Sequence record: PQ464590.1
DNA: 64,000 nt
Strand: one strand, 5' to 3'
Shown: in pieces, positions 32,046 to 41,679 of the stretch
Position numbering within the stretch: position 1 is the first letter of the stretch
How the letters are laid out: the number at the start of each line of letters is the position of its first letter
The notes under the pieces: generated by a model
The model's database searches: none
The model's input: only the letters and a program-made list of their open reading frames with translations
What the model was told of the DNA's origin: nothing
Made by a program: the position numbers and the translations under genes

Positions 32046-32256
32046 TTTTACTCCTTATCGGTACATAGTATTCTTCACCATCTTCTTCATGGATATTTAG
32101 TACTCCACGAGAAACAAGTTTGTCGGCTACTTCACGATAATATTCTTGAATTCCAAGCACTGGAACTTTACCACGTGCTTGAATTTTCTTCAGTACTGCG
32201 TACTCTTCATTAGAAACCATTACAGAATGACCAAATTCACTTTTAGTCATTCTCAT
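32038..32256 (-). CDS. Hypothetical protein
   Basis: 72 aa; overlaps its neighbour. Confidence 0.6.
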   Translation of the reverse strand: MRMTKSEFGHSVMVSNEEYAVLKKIQARGKVPVLGIQEYYREVADKLVSRGVLNIHEEDGEEYYVPIRSKNA

Positions 32257-32258
32257 TA

Positions 32259-33239
32259 TTAGCGACCTCGGATCTTAGAACAGTTGTCAATAATTTGTGC
32301 AATGATATCATTCTCGGCATCCATAGATGAATTACCAAGTGGGCTTTCGTCACCATGTACGTTATCATCAGCTTCAATATGACTGATAGCTTGAATAATC
32401 TCACCAATGCCAGGCTCAGTGTGAGTCAATGGAGAAGGACCGCCTGAAGTCGGCATTTGCTGTCCTGGTCCCATTAGCTCTTGGTTCTTCTGGGCTGGAT
32501 TGTAATCCTCTGCCATATTAACCTGACCTTGTTGGTTGATCGGATTCACGTCGTCTAGACCATATACACTAAGTTGGTTTTGCTTTTGTGGGTCTTTAGT
32601 TACAACTAATGTCTGTTGTGGGGTTGGACCAGGATCGACACCGACTACTGGAGCTACATCGTTAGTTCCTTGTTGCGACCCTGGAACAGTTACTTGCATT
32701 GCATTATTGCCAGAGTTCCGTTGTAACTCTGCTTGTTTCATCTTAGCTTGAGTTTGCGGATTCACTTGTTGCTGCTGTTCCTGATTATTTGCATTAGCAA
32801 TAGTGTTTGCAGTGAGTTGAGATTTTACATCTTCTTTTATCTTTGACTCTAAGAACATTTTTACATTTTCTTCATTAGCGACATCATAAGCAAGAGTTTT
32901 CATTTCAGCTAATGATAAGTGCTCATTAGTACTGAATGCTGAAGGTTCATGCATTTTATAAAATGTCTCTAAGTCAGTAAATGCTAGTGAGTTGATGAAA
33001 TTTAATCCATACGACTCAACCAGAATGTCACCATAAAAGTACTTATAGCTTTCGCTAAGACGAGCTTTGTATTTTTGTAAAATTTGCATAATGGTTCGGT
33101 TGTCAGAATTATCCATCGCTTGATTTATTTCGATGAAATCACCAGAATCCATTTCATTGACTGCAACTGAGCAGTCCATATCTAATCCATTTGCGTCAGC
33201 GAACACTTGAAGCTGCTGGGCGGTTTCTTGTATATCCAT
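32259..33239 (-). CDS. Gln/Pro-rich probable internal head protein
   Basis: 326 aa; TAAATA at 33279-33284; GGAG SD. Confidence 0.55.
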   Translation of the reverse strand: MDIQETAQQLQVFADANGLDMDCSVAVNEMDSGDFIEINQAMDNSDNRTIMQILQKYKARLSESYKYFYGDILVESYGLNFINSLAFTDLETFYKMHEPSAFSTNEHLSLAEMKTLAYDVANEENVKMFLESKIKEDVKSQLTANTIANANNQEQQQQVNPQTQAKMKQAELQRNSGNNAMQVTVPGSQQGTNDVAPVVGVDPGPTPQQTLVVTKDPQKQNQLSVYGLDDVNPINQQGQVNMAEDYNPAQKNQELMGPGQQMPTSGGPSPLTHTEPGIGEIIQAISHIEADDNVHGDESPLGNSSMDAENDIIAQIIDNCSKIRGR

Positions 33240-33284
33240 TTAGTATCTCCAAAAGAAAAACCTTTTCTTATTCTCGATTATTTA

Positions 33285-33683
33285 TCAAGTACAAGAAAAG
33301 GTTTGTTTACTAATACTAATATTACGAGAACTGTTCACAGAGTTGAACTTAGTAATACGAGTACCGTTCACAACTGTTGGAAGAACTAATGGAATACCAT
33401 TCACTTGAATTGTTACATCCATAGGTATAGCGAATTTGAAAGTACTGATTATGCATTTTCCCCAGCTAGAAGGTAAGTCATAGAATTCACTATTGTTTCC
33501 TTTTGACAAGTCAACTTCGTTTCTAACTACACTTACCATCATAGGGTAATCAAACATCATAACAGCTTCAACGATTCTCGACAAGTTCATAGCCCCTGTA
33601 AATTTATCGTCTTTTATTGCTGGTGTACTTCCGTCACCTATATCTACAACCGTATGAATAGTGTAGAATGTGTACGGTTTCAT
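33285..33683 (-). CDS. Hypothetical protein
   Basis: 132-aa ORF. Confidence 0.65.
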   Translation of the reverse strand: MKPYTFYTIHTVVDIGDGSTPAIKDDKFTGAMNLSRIVEAVMMFDYPMMVSVVRNEVDLSKGNNSEFYDLPSSWGKCIISTFKFAIPMDVTIQVNGIPLVLPTVVNGTRITKFNSVNSSRNISISKQTFSCT

Positions 33684-33838
33684 TTCTTATCCTTTTTGTC
33701 CATTTTCACTTCCTTGTAACCAAAGAAATTACTCGGTGGAAGTCTTTTTAGTAACGGGTAGTGTAGCCCACCAGATACTGATGCAATAGCTCCTGCACTG
33801 GTAGCTCCTGCTGATGCGTTTTCTTTTAGCTTCTTCAT
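33680..33838 (-). CDS. Small protein with ENASAGATSAG motif
   Basis: Start reassigned to MKKLKEN (33838), 52 aa. Confidence 0.55.
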   Translation of the reverse strand: MKKLKENASAGATSAGAIASVSGGLHYPLLKRLPPSNFFGYKEVKMDKKDKK

Positions 33839-33839
33839 A

Positions 33840-34103
33840 TTATCCCCTCGGATTTCGTTTCTCATCAAGGGCTATATTTTCTAGCCCTTTCTGGAATTTA
33901 CGGTAATCTCGATTCTTGATACTGAGGAATAAACGTTTTTTCAAATCTTCCGCATCGGAAGTACTGAAATCTGTATCTATACTTTCGAGTAGGTTGATTA
34001 TAGAATTGATAGCATGGTCAGCCCTATTGCTAAAGCTTTGTAAATCCTCCTTCACTGGAGTATAGTTTATAATACTATCAAGAAGATTATTTTTACCGGA
34101 CAT
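33840..34103 (-). CDS. Hypothetical protein
   Basis: 87-aa ORF after the helicase. Confidence 0.6.
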   Translation of the reverse strand: MSGKNNLLDSIINYTPVKEDLQSFSNRADHAINSIINLLESIDTDFSTSDAEDLKKRLFLSIKNRDYRKFQKGLENIALDEKRNPRG

Positions 34104-34105
34104 TG

Positions 34106-35638
34106 TTATTTCCTATTCTGCAAGAATTTCCTCATATTATCAACACGACCGTTACTAGGTGTATTTGAAGTATTTAGTCCTGAAGAATCGGAAGTATCTT
34201 GAATAGTTCCGGTAGCAACGTCAGCATCGTCTTGTGCTGCCTGTGCCGCTGTATGGAGAGGTTTTACCGTACTTTGAAGAGAACTATGCAACATCTGAAT
34301 TGTGCTCGGTGCGGACGGCATAGACGTTACATTCCCACCACCAATCTTCACAGTCCCAGAGTGCTTGAATCCAGAATCTAATTCCATCTGCTGTATAGTC
34401 ATGCTGTGGTCAAGAACACGTAGTGAATCCATATTATAGGACATACGTAACCTAGAACCTACTGCTGAACTGTTACGAGTTTTCTGGAAGTCGAACCACA
34501 TCTCACCAACTTCTTTCTTCGCTTCAATGAAAATTACGTTATCCGCTGTATAGATCTTAGAAATACCACCAGCAATTTGTGATGAGGATTTCTTGTCTTC
34601 GCCCTTTACCCCGTCACGGTTGAACTGACACGCGGTGAATACCGTAATGTCCATTTTCATTGCAAGTGCACGAAGTTCTTCTGAAACGAACTTATCCTTT
34701 ACGAATGCGTTAGATTTGTCTTGAGCCGTACAACGATCTGAAGTCAATAGGTCAAGGTAGTCAACGCAAACATAATCTAGCTTTATACCAGTTTTGATTT
34801 GTAGTTCACGAAGATAACTTTCAATGTCGTTAGTAGTACTGACAGATTCTGGCAAACGGTGAATACGTAACATACCGTTCGTCTTCTCTTCAATTTTTAC
34901 CTGTAAAGTAGTATTATCAATATCAGTTTTGACCTTCTTCTGGTCAGTGTCGATTAGCATACCATAGATACGTACAGCAACAAGTTCTTTTGCTAGTTCT
35001 AATGAAATATATGCACCGTTCAACCCTGCTTTAGAGAAGTTCACAGCTAAGTTTTGTAGTACTACTGATTTACCACCACCGGAGGCAGCGGCAAAGATTT
35101 CCAATTCTTGACGACCAAAGCCACCAAACAATTTATAATCTAATGTATCCCATCCACTCTTGAAAGAACCCTGCATGTCAGCTAGTGATTTGATGACTGT
35201 TTCTGGGTCTTCATAAATGTCCAGTCCAAGTTCGTTCTGAACTGTTACTAACATCGCTTCACGAATTAGTTCTTCGATTCCACCATACTTCTTCTGGTGT
35301 ACTAATTCCATACCTTTCTGTACTGCTAATGCTAGTGCTTTATGGCGACAAAACTCACCCACACTATCCAGTACTGCTTGGTGGTGCAGTTCTGTAAGAT
35401 CTATCTTATCATACTCAAAACCACCCTTGTATTTGATATCAACAAGGGGAGGTATATCGCTGTACTGTCGAGCATATTCATGAACATACTCAATACTACC
35501 ATGATATTCCTTATCAAAATATTCTGGCCTCAAAATGTTTTTACAACGTACATACACCTCTGGATTACTGAAGATTTGAGATAGTAAGTACATTTGATAT
35601 TGAATGCCATATTGTTTTACGTCCGTGTTACTTGCCAT
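34106..35638 (-). CDS. 41: Replicative DnaB-family helicase (gp41-like)
   Basis: GWDTLD..LFGG, AASGGGKS, YISLEL, VDYLDL, ELRALA, TACQFNR, KTRN. Confidence 0.93.
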   Translation of the reverse strand: MASNTDVKQYGIQYQMYLLSQIFSNPEVYVRCKNILRPEYFDKEYHGSIEYVHEYARQYSDIPPLVDIKYKGGFEYDKIDLTELHHQAVLDSVGEFCRHKALALAVQKGMELVHQKKYGGIEELIREAMLVTVQNELGLDIYEDPETVIKSLADMQGSFKSGWDTLDYKLFGGFGRQELEIFAAASGGGKSVVLQNLAVNFSKAGLNGAYISLELAKELVAVRIYGMLIDTDQKKVKTDIDNTTLQVKIEEKTNGMLRIHRLPESVSTTNDIESYLRELQIKTGIKLDYVCVDYLDLLTSDRCTAQDKSNAFVKDKFVSEELRALAMKMDITVFTACQFNRDGVKGEDKKSSSQIAGGISKIYTADNVIFIEAKKEVGEMWFDFQKTRNSSAVGSRLRMSYNMDSLRVLDHSMTIQQMELDSGFKHSGTVKIGGGNVTSMPSAPSTIQMLHSSLQSTVKPLHTAAQAAQDDADVATGTIQDTSDSSGLNTSNTPSNGRVDNMRKFLQNRK

Positions 35639-35649
35639 GTTCTAAATCC

Positions 35650-36699
35650 TCAAATCCATTTGTCTGTTTGTACTCGTATGTCAAAAGGTTCATCAACAAT
35701 ACTGGCATGTATTAGTTGAATGCAGAATAGTCTGCCATATTTTGCACACGCTTCATCAAAATCTTTTACGTGCCTAATTCCATTAGAATCACGTACTGCA
35801 CCGAAATCTGGGAATGATACACTAAACCCTAGTTCGATTGCTTGCTCTATTGTCACAAGTCCATCTTTATCTCTGTCAGGAACTATGACAATTCTCTTAC
35901 CTCTTTCCTGTGCTGCTTTTAGTACTTCAATTTGTGCTGCACTTAGGAAATAGTTATTGGCTGATACTCCACCCATTAGAGCCGCATCAATTGGACCCTC
36001 CGCCACCAGAATCGTTCTGATGTTCGGATCGTTCAGTAAATCAAAATTATACAACAGTGAAGTACTGACTTGGTTTACGTATCGGAAATTGCTATCCACA
36101 TCTTTGTGTCGAGCAGTGTAACCAATAATTTGTCCATTCATATAATAAGGAATAATGAAACGATCATACATCCTATTATCTTTAGCTGGACTCCAGTACA
36201 GTTCTAAGTCAAGTAAGTACTGATTACGTTCATTGACCGCATTCAATACACTCCAGAATTGTTCTGGGACGTTTTCGGAGTTCACCCACTCCAGAAATGA
36301 TTTCGTACCAGGAGGAAACTCACGTTTGGTTATACGTTGATATAATCGTTGTGCTGCTGTTTCTTCCGATGCGAACTCTCCACTCTCCACCATCTCTTTC
36401 ACATAGAATTGGATTTCGGTGAGTGCTTTTTCGGATGCCCCAAAATAAGAGAGCAAAGACATCATATCTTTGCTCATAAATTTTCCAGGACTCCAAACTG
36501 TCTTAAGGTGACAGTTGTAGCAGTTATATACTACTGAACCTTCGCTAGTGAACATGTGATTACCACGATGACGTACATCGGGACGTGATTGACCACGATA
36601 AACACATGCAGGGCAGTTATAATTCTTCCATACCCCAATCGCTGGGGCTGGATCGTTCATAATTTCTGCCATTATAATCTGTACCGGATTCATATTCAA
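35650..36699 (-). CDS. 61: DNA primase (Zn finger + TOPRIM; gp61-like)
   Basis: CPAC...CYNC Zn finger; IIPY...IIGYTAR; VAEGPIDA; PDRDKDG; KDFDE. Confidence 0.88.
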   Translation of the reverse strand: MNMNPVQIIMAEIMNDPAPAIGVWKNYNCPACVYRGQSRPDVRHRGNHMFTSEGSVVYNCYNCHLKTVWSPGKFMSKDMMSLLSYFGASEKALTEIQFYVKEMVESGEFASEETAAQRLYQRITKREFPPGTKSFLEWVNSENVPEQFWSVLNAVNERNQYLLDLELYWSPAKDNRMYDRFIIPYYMNGQIIGYTARHKDVDSNFRYVNQVSTSLLYNFDLLNDPNIRTILVAEGPIDAALMGGVSANNYFLSAAQIEVLKAAQERGKRIVIVPDRDKDGLVTIEQAIELGFSVSFPDFGAVRDSNGIRHVKDFDEACAKYGRLFCIQLIHASIVDEPFDIRVQTDKWI

Positions 36700-36722
36700 T
36701 ATCCTTATGTTTCGTATCTACG

Positions 36723-36752
36723 ATTATATCACATTTTTAGGTTCTATCTCAC
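36723..36752 (-). promoter_or_regulatory. Phage-class promoter GTGAGA-18-TATAAT
   Basis: attata 36723-36728, tctcac 36747-36752. Confidence 0.7.
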
Positions 36753-37724
36753 TTATCTGCGAATTAAAATCTTAGGCATAGTTAGTAGTGGTTCGTAAAG
36801 TTTAACTACTTCGTTTGGTGGATAATTTCTAACCACTGGTGGAATAGCACATACTACTCGAAGCCACATGAAGTTACCTTTGAAGTTGAATGGCTGTATA
36901 CCATCAAGTGTTAGAGGAACTCCATTTGTATCGAAACCACTTTCAATATATTCTTTACCGTCTAGTTTTATAATGAACCATTTATAATTTTCAGAATCGA
37001 CTGGGGAGTTATTTGCTAAACAACCTTGTAATTGAACTCGCCCAATAAAGTTCTTGAAATAAAATGCGATAGTACTTAATCCTTCTACTAACCCGTATTG
37101 ACAACCTGCACGTAGTGCTGAACTGTGCATAACATCAAAGTCACCTTTAATGCCATTCGCAATCGGCTCACGCTCTGGGTGATCAACTGGCAACCATGAA
37201 GCATTACGATCATCACTGATTTCTTCGGAGGGAACAAATATAGGAGATGCAGTATCTTTTACAATTAGTTCAGCCGATGCTTCATAGTCTAATCCAGTGT
37301 ACAAGTATTCAGTTGGTTCTATTAATGAACCATCCATTGTTACCTTTATAATGCTCCAGCGATATTTGGACCCTGGACTTAGATCCTGAATTACTCCAGC
37401 AGGAATCATACAACCATAATATACTTTCTTGGAATTTCCTAATGATTGTCGTGCTTGTCCAGATTCAGATACCCATGATGGTTGTACTTTTTCTAAAGTT
37501 GTATCGTAGATTCTTGTGTTATTACGTGCATCAAAGATGCTCAGTACTAAGTACTGATTGTCTTTCAAAAGAGTGTACTTACCATCGGCATTATGTACAG
37601 TGAAAGACAGTGTGTTGTTAGCTCCACGATAAATGACAAGATTCTCATTAGTATATGGCATGTTAAAATTGCCTAATGAAACCTCGTTATTCCACGGATA
37701 CATGTATACGCCATGATGTGCCAT
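36753..37724 (-). CDS. Probable virion structural protein
   Basis: Start reassigned to MAHHGV (37724); beta-rich; TAAATA at 37761-37766. Confidence 0.55.
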   Translation of the reverse strand: MAHHGVYMYPWNNEVSLGNFNMPYTNENLVIYRGANNTLSFTVHNADGKYTLLKDNQYLVLSIFDARNNTRIYDTTLEKVQPSWVSESGQARQSLGNSKKVYYGCMIPAGVIQDLSPGSKYRWSIIKVTMDGSLIEPTEYLYTGLDYEASAELIVKDTASPIFVPSEEISDDRNASWLPVDHPEREPIANGIKGDFDVMHSSALRAGCQYGLVEGLSTIAFYFKNFIGRVQLQGCLANNSPVDSENYKWFIIKLDGKEYIESGFDTNGVPLTLDGIQPFNFKGNFMWLRVVCAIPPVVRNYPPNEVVKLYEPLLTMPKILIRR

Positions 37725-37776
37725 TTTATTCCTCATAAATACTTTGTATTAATTATATAATATTTATGGAAGTGCT

Positions 37777-38130
37777 ATGAACAAACATAAAACTTATCCC
37801 TATGTTACTGTTATAGAACATGATGGGAGTATGTATTATGGCATCATTAAAATTAAAAGTAAGCAGTACTGTACATTGTACTGCTTCCATTTAATGGATG
37901 AGAGCCATCAGGAAGAGTTACTAGACTTAGCATATGCTTGGTGGTGTCAAAGTAATCGTACCATACCAATTTGTCTCTTCTTTAGAGAAGAAATGGAACA
38001 GTACGAAGATTACACCAAACGCTTTAACACAGATACAGTTAATTTCGTATCTGGCCCAGTTATATCACTTAGTGACTTACCCACTAAACGGATCAAAAGA
38101 AGAAATGTAGCCCTCAAGAAGAGGAAATAA
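37777..38130 (+). CDS. Hypothetical protein (plus strand, late promoter)
   Basis: 117 aa; TAAATA at 37736-37741; fills the gap between divergent and convergent neighbours. Confidence 0.65.
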   Translation: MNKHKTYPYVTVIEHDGSMYYGIIKIKSKQYCTLYCFHLMDESHQEELLDLAYAWWCQSNRTIPICLFFREEMEQYEDYTKRFNTDTVNFVSGPVISLSDLPTKRIKRRNVALKKRK

Positions 38131-38755
38131 GATGTTCTACCAGTGCATTTAGTTGCACCACGATCATTAGACTATATGCGTAAGCATGAGGTTTCTTGAA
38201 GTATGGTAATTTCTTACCCTCGCCATTCAACTCTATAGTACTATAATCCCAAACTTCGGATTGTACTTCTGCCCAACTATTCATGCTTTGACACTTCCTT
38301 TTACCAGGACGAATCATTGCCAAGAACATTGCTAGTTCATCAATTGATGAAGGTTTCCATACGTGGAGTAATGTCAAGTGCTTTTTGATTTGTGAGAGTT
38401 CATTAACTATCTCAGGTTCAAGCAATAAACTCCAATCAGGCTCGCGTGCCATTAGCTCTTTCAGGTGATTACGATCACGAACATACATATAAGCCGATTG
38501 AGACAGAATATCAACCTTTTGGTATCCTAATCTTTCGGCTTCTTTATATGGAATACTCGCTAGTCCACTAACCGGATCAATTGGTATATTATCAAAATGT
38601 ACCCCACTATTATGTGCAATCAAACCATCTTCAGTAATTTTTTCAGTACTGCGAACACACGGTAATTGTGCAATAACTGACTTCGCATCTTTGAAGTCAA
38701 TGTCAATGTCAGTTCTGGCTTTCTTATAAGTTACTGTTGTAGTTGTTTTGTCCAT
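38114..38755 (-). CDS. DnaE (Pol III alpha)-like catalytic fragment
   Basis: RTDIDIDF (= PDFDVDF), HNSGVHF (= HAAGVVI), EAERLGYQKVDILS (= VEYAGLVKFDFLG), LAMIRPG (= ALFRPG), FKKPHAYAY (= FNKSHSAAY). Confidence 0.85.
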   Translation of the reverse strand: MDKTTTTVTYKKARTDIDIDFKDAKSVIAQLPCVRSTEKITEDGLIAHNSGVHFDNIPIDPVSGLASIPYKEAERLGYQKVDILSQSAYMYVRDRNHLKELMAREPDWSLLLEPEIVNELSQIKKHLTLLHVWKPSSIDELAMFLAMIRPGKRKCQSMNSWAEVQSEVWDYSTIELNGEGKKLPYFKKPHAYAYSLMIVVQLNALVEHLISSS

Positions 38756-39137
38756 TCAATTTCTCTTTCAATGTCTGTACCTCACCCTTCAGGTTATTAA
38801 CCTTATTGATAAGTTCTTGTACTTTTGCAGTAAGAGTACGGTTGCTTTGTCTTAGCATTACTAAACTTTCTTCATGCTTCTCTACTAGATTTATAATCCC
38901 TTCAATTCGAACAGGATCGTGAATAGCGAACTTCTTATCATTCAGTGTTATTTCTACTACGTTTCCGTGCTTCAATAACTGTAGTTCATTACTCTTAGCA
39001 GCTTTAGGTACTGGAACGTACCCTTCCATCATTTTACCATACACTCCTTTATTATTAGGAGCGGTATTGTAAATGCTAGGTTCTTCTTTTTGTGCACCAG
39101 ATTGATCTGGTTTTGTGTTGTATATTGAGTTTTTCAT
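38724..39137 (-). CDS. Hypothetical coiled-coil protein
   Basis: 137 aa with C-terminal heptads. Confidence 0.65.
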   Translation of the reverse strand: MKNSIYNTKPDQSGAQKEEPSIYNTAPNNKGVYGKMMEGYVPVPKAAKSNELQLLKHGNVVEITLNDKKFAIHDPVRIEGIINLVEKHEESLVMLRQSNRTLTAKVQELINKVNNLKGEVQTLKEKLNGQNNYNSNL

Positions 39138-39850
39138 AGTCCTGCCTCATTCAATAAATTCCTTATTTGATTACAATCATCCTGGTAGCGGATTTGTTTC
39201 ATTTGGAAGTACGTAGGGTCGATGAACTTGAAAGCGTACTCCAGTTCTGAATCAGATAAACGTTGTAGTAACTTGTTCCCTGATTCTGGAGATGCAATAT
39301 AAATCAGCCAAGGTGAGATCTTACCTGTCTCTAACCATAAAATAGCACGTTCAGTACTGACATTCTCAAAGAAAGTGTTCCACTCATGACCAGTGATTTC
39401 ACTCCACTCTATAAGTGCAGGGATAGAACGCTCTACTGCTCTGCGGGGGTGTTCATCACGTATGCACTTCTGTACCCATTCCTCTAAGGTTTTATGGGTT
39501 CTCCATTCGTACACAGGTTTACCAGTAGTAATAATATTAGTTATGAAATCTTCCTTGTTTAGAATCTCATTCTGTAATACATATTCTGCAAGTTCAAAGA
39601 AATCATTGAAGTACCGAGATTTTATGAAATGCATTAACGGTTCAACGGATTTCTTCATACTCAAACGATTGAAAGTCATGAATTGCATGTAGATACGAAA
39701 AGCCTCCCGCATAGGGCGGGAGTCACGGTCATTGTACCTATCACGCTTTATACACTTATGTGTGAGGATTGTTTCCTCACGTTTGAATTCCTTGTCACAA
39801 AAATGACATTTGAAGGTTGGTGCTTTAGGACTTTTTGCCATATTTTTCAC
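39134..39850 (-). CDS. Zn-finger protein of unknown function
   Basis: CHFC-x12-HKC at the N-terminus. Confidence 0.6.
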   Translation of the reverse strand: MKNMAKSPKAPTFKCHFCDKEFKREETILTHKCIKRDRYNDRDSRPMREAFRIYMQFMTFNRLSMKKSVEPLMHFIKSRYFNDFFELAEYVLQNEILNKEDFITNIITTGKPVYEWRTHKTLEEWVQKCIRDEHPRRAVERSIPALIEWSEITGHEWNTFFENVSTERAILWLETGKISPWLIYIASPESGNKLLQRLSDSELEYAFKFIDPTYFQMKQIRYQDDCNQIRNLLNEAGL

Positions 39851-40670
39851 ATTCCGCTTTGAATTGTTTCAAAGTACTTTTACGTTCAGAATCTTGATAG
39901 CCTAACGTTTCAAGTAGCTCGTCAAATGTTTTCTTATCATATGATAGTAAGAGAATCTTATACTCTTCTTCGGTGAGTTGTGAAGCTGTCAATACTGATT
40001 GAGTTCGCTTGATAATCTCAAACAAATCTTTGTCAACGTTCTTGAGTCCTTTAGGGAATGGGAGCCATGTGTGTGCTCTTTTCTCTGCACCAATCATATC
40101 GGATGCTGAACAAAGTAGTTGGTAAACTAAATCTGGATGTTCTTTGAGACTCCAGAATCCTTCGTTCACCATTTCATTCAACATTATTAGATGGTACTTA
40201 GCTGTAGTACTGTCAATTAGTGTTACAATCTCTGAACCAGTAATACTGAATTCTTTCATGGCTTCAATCAATGCAGATGCACTTTCCTTATTAGGAACAG
40301 CGAACTTGATACGCCAATCAAACTTGGCATGTTCATATTTTGCAACACTGATGATTTCAATACCATTCTGAACTAGTTCGTTGCGGAGTTCGTTTAGTGC
40401 TTCTTTACCACCAGCACTCCACTTCCCAAAGATGGCTTCAACTTTCTTCGCATTATATGTCACTAACATGCTGTCGTCAAGTGCACTCACCCAACGCAGT
40501 ACTGTATAAGGTGTGAAGTGTTTCTTCTCCTTATCACTCAATGAATCATAGTAACCGTAATCTGCGAGGTCAATCTTCTCCAGAAGGAGATTCATATCTA
40601 ATTTGATATTACTCTCTTTCTGGATTTCAATCTCTTCACTCGAAACTTTAGTAGTACTGAAGTCAAACAT
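39825..40670 (-). CDS. Probable clamp loader A subunit (gp62-like) with insertion
   Basis: FTPYTVLRWVS ... LNEMVN ... LVYQLL ... KRAHTW recalls gp62-type motifs. Confidence 0.45.
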   Translation of the reverse strand: MFDFSTTKVSSEEIEIQKESNIKLDMNLLLEKIDLADYGYYDSLSDKEKKHFTPYTVLRWVSALDDSMLVTYNAKKVEAIFGKWSAGGKEALNELRNELVQNGIEIISVAKYEHAKFDWRIKFAVPNKESASALIEAMKEFSITGSEIVTLIDSTTAKYHLIMLNEMVNEGFWSLKEHPDLVYQLLCSASDMIGAEKRAHTWLPFPKGLKNVDKDLFEIIKRTQSVLTASQLTEEEYKILLLSYDKKTFDELLETLGYQDSERKSTLKQFKAECEKYGKKS

Positions 40671-41174
40671 TTATTCACCTATACCTAAGTACAAATCTGG
40701 AATCTTTTCGTTCTCGTCCGCAAAATATACACATTGTGGATTAGAACCCGATGTTAGTGGTACACAAAGTAAGTTCTTTTTAGGGAACATTGGGATTTGC
40801 CATTTAGTGGTTAGGGCAAATACTTGTAGCACTTTTACTTTCTCGAATCGAGCGTACATAGAACGAATTGGATTGTATACATATGCACGAGGGTCTTTCA
40901 TATTCAAAAGGTTCTCGATTGTACACATTTCTACCATTCCCGTTTCTTCGTCACCTAATAGTATTTGCCATCCAAGTGGGACTTGAATAATCTTGTCACC
41001 AATCTGTAAATTGGCACTGATACTATTGAATGATACTGTGTGTAGGATATGCTTGAAATAGAAATCCGAATCACCGTGCTCACTCAAGTCAAGTACGCAG
41101 AACATTTCTTCTGGGATAATATCTGTTACCAGATCAATTTCAAATGCTACGTTTTCTGGGGTCAATACATTCAT
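40671..41174 (-). CDS. Hypothetical protein
   Basis: 167 aa in the replication operon. Confidence 0.7.
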   Translation of the reverse strand: MNVLTPENVAFEIDLVTDIIPEEMFCVLDLSEHGDSDFYFKHILHTVSFNSISANLQIGDKIIQVPLGWQILLGDEETGMVEMCTIENLLNMKDPRAYVYNPIRSMYARFEKVKVLQVFALTTKWQIPMFPKKNLLCVPLTSGSNPQCVYFADENEKIPDLYLGIGE

Positions 41175-41184
41175 TCACTTCTCC

Positions 41185-41622
41185 TTAGTAGTACGAATCT
41201 TCTTCGTCTTCATCTTCATCGTCAATGTCTTCTACATCTTCATTGCCGTAGAACTCTAGACCGTAAGTATCGCACATTTCTTGTAGTTTATCAGGGTCAG
41301 TGTCAAGATATGAATCGAAATTACCAGTAAGACTGATTACATCAATATACGTTTGACTGTCAGTACTCGCATAGATAATGTCATATTTTAGCTTCGGTAC
41401 TTTGTCTTCGATGCGACTTTGGATTTCATAGATATTAACCCATGAAGAGCCATTACAGTCACAACGCCATACGTTAGTGTCATTAGTTTCCAATTCTGGA
41501 ATATAATCTATAGATGATACCATATCATCCATAATACCGTCATCGTTCAATAATACGTCAATGACGTTTAGTGTTTCTTCATCGCCAATAAATGCGATAC
41601 TTGATCTTAGTTCCATCTGCAA
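41185..41622 (-). CDS. Hypothetical acidic protein
   Basis: 145 aa with a D/E tail. Confidence 0.65.
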   Translation of the reverse strand: MQMELRSSIAFIGDEETLNVIDVLLNDDGIMDDMVSSIDYIPELETNDTNVWRCDCNGSSWVNIYEIQSRIEDKVPKLKYDIIYASTDSQTYIDVISLTGNFDSYLDTDPDKLQEMCDTYGLEFYGNEDVEDIDDEDEDEEDSYY

Positions 41623-41649
41623 TAATTCCCTTGTTTCAGTTACTCTTTG

Positions 41650-41679
41650 ATTATATCACAAAATCTGGGTTTATCCCAG
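41650..41679 (-). promoter_or_regulatory. Phage-class promoter CTGGGA-18-TATAAT
   Basis: attata 41650-41655, tcccag 41674-41679. Confidence 0.7.
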
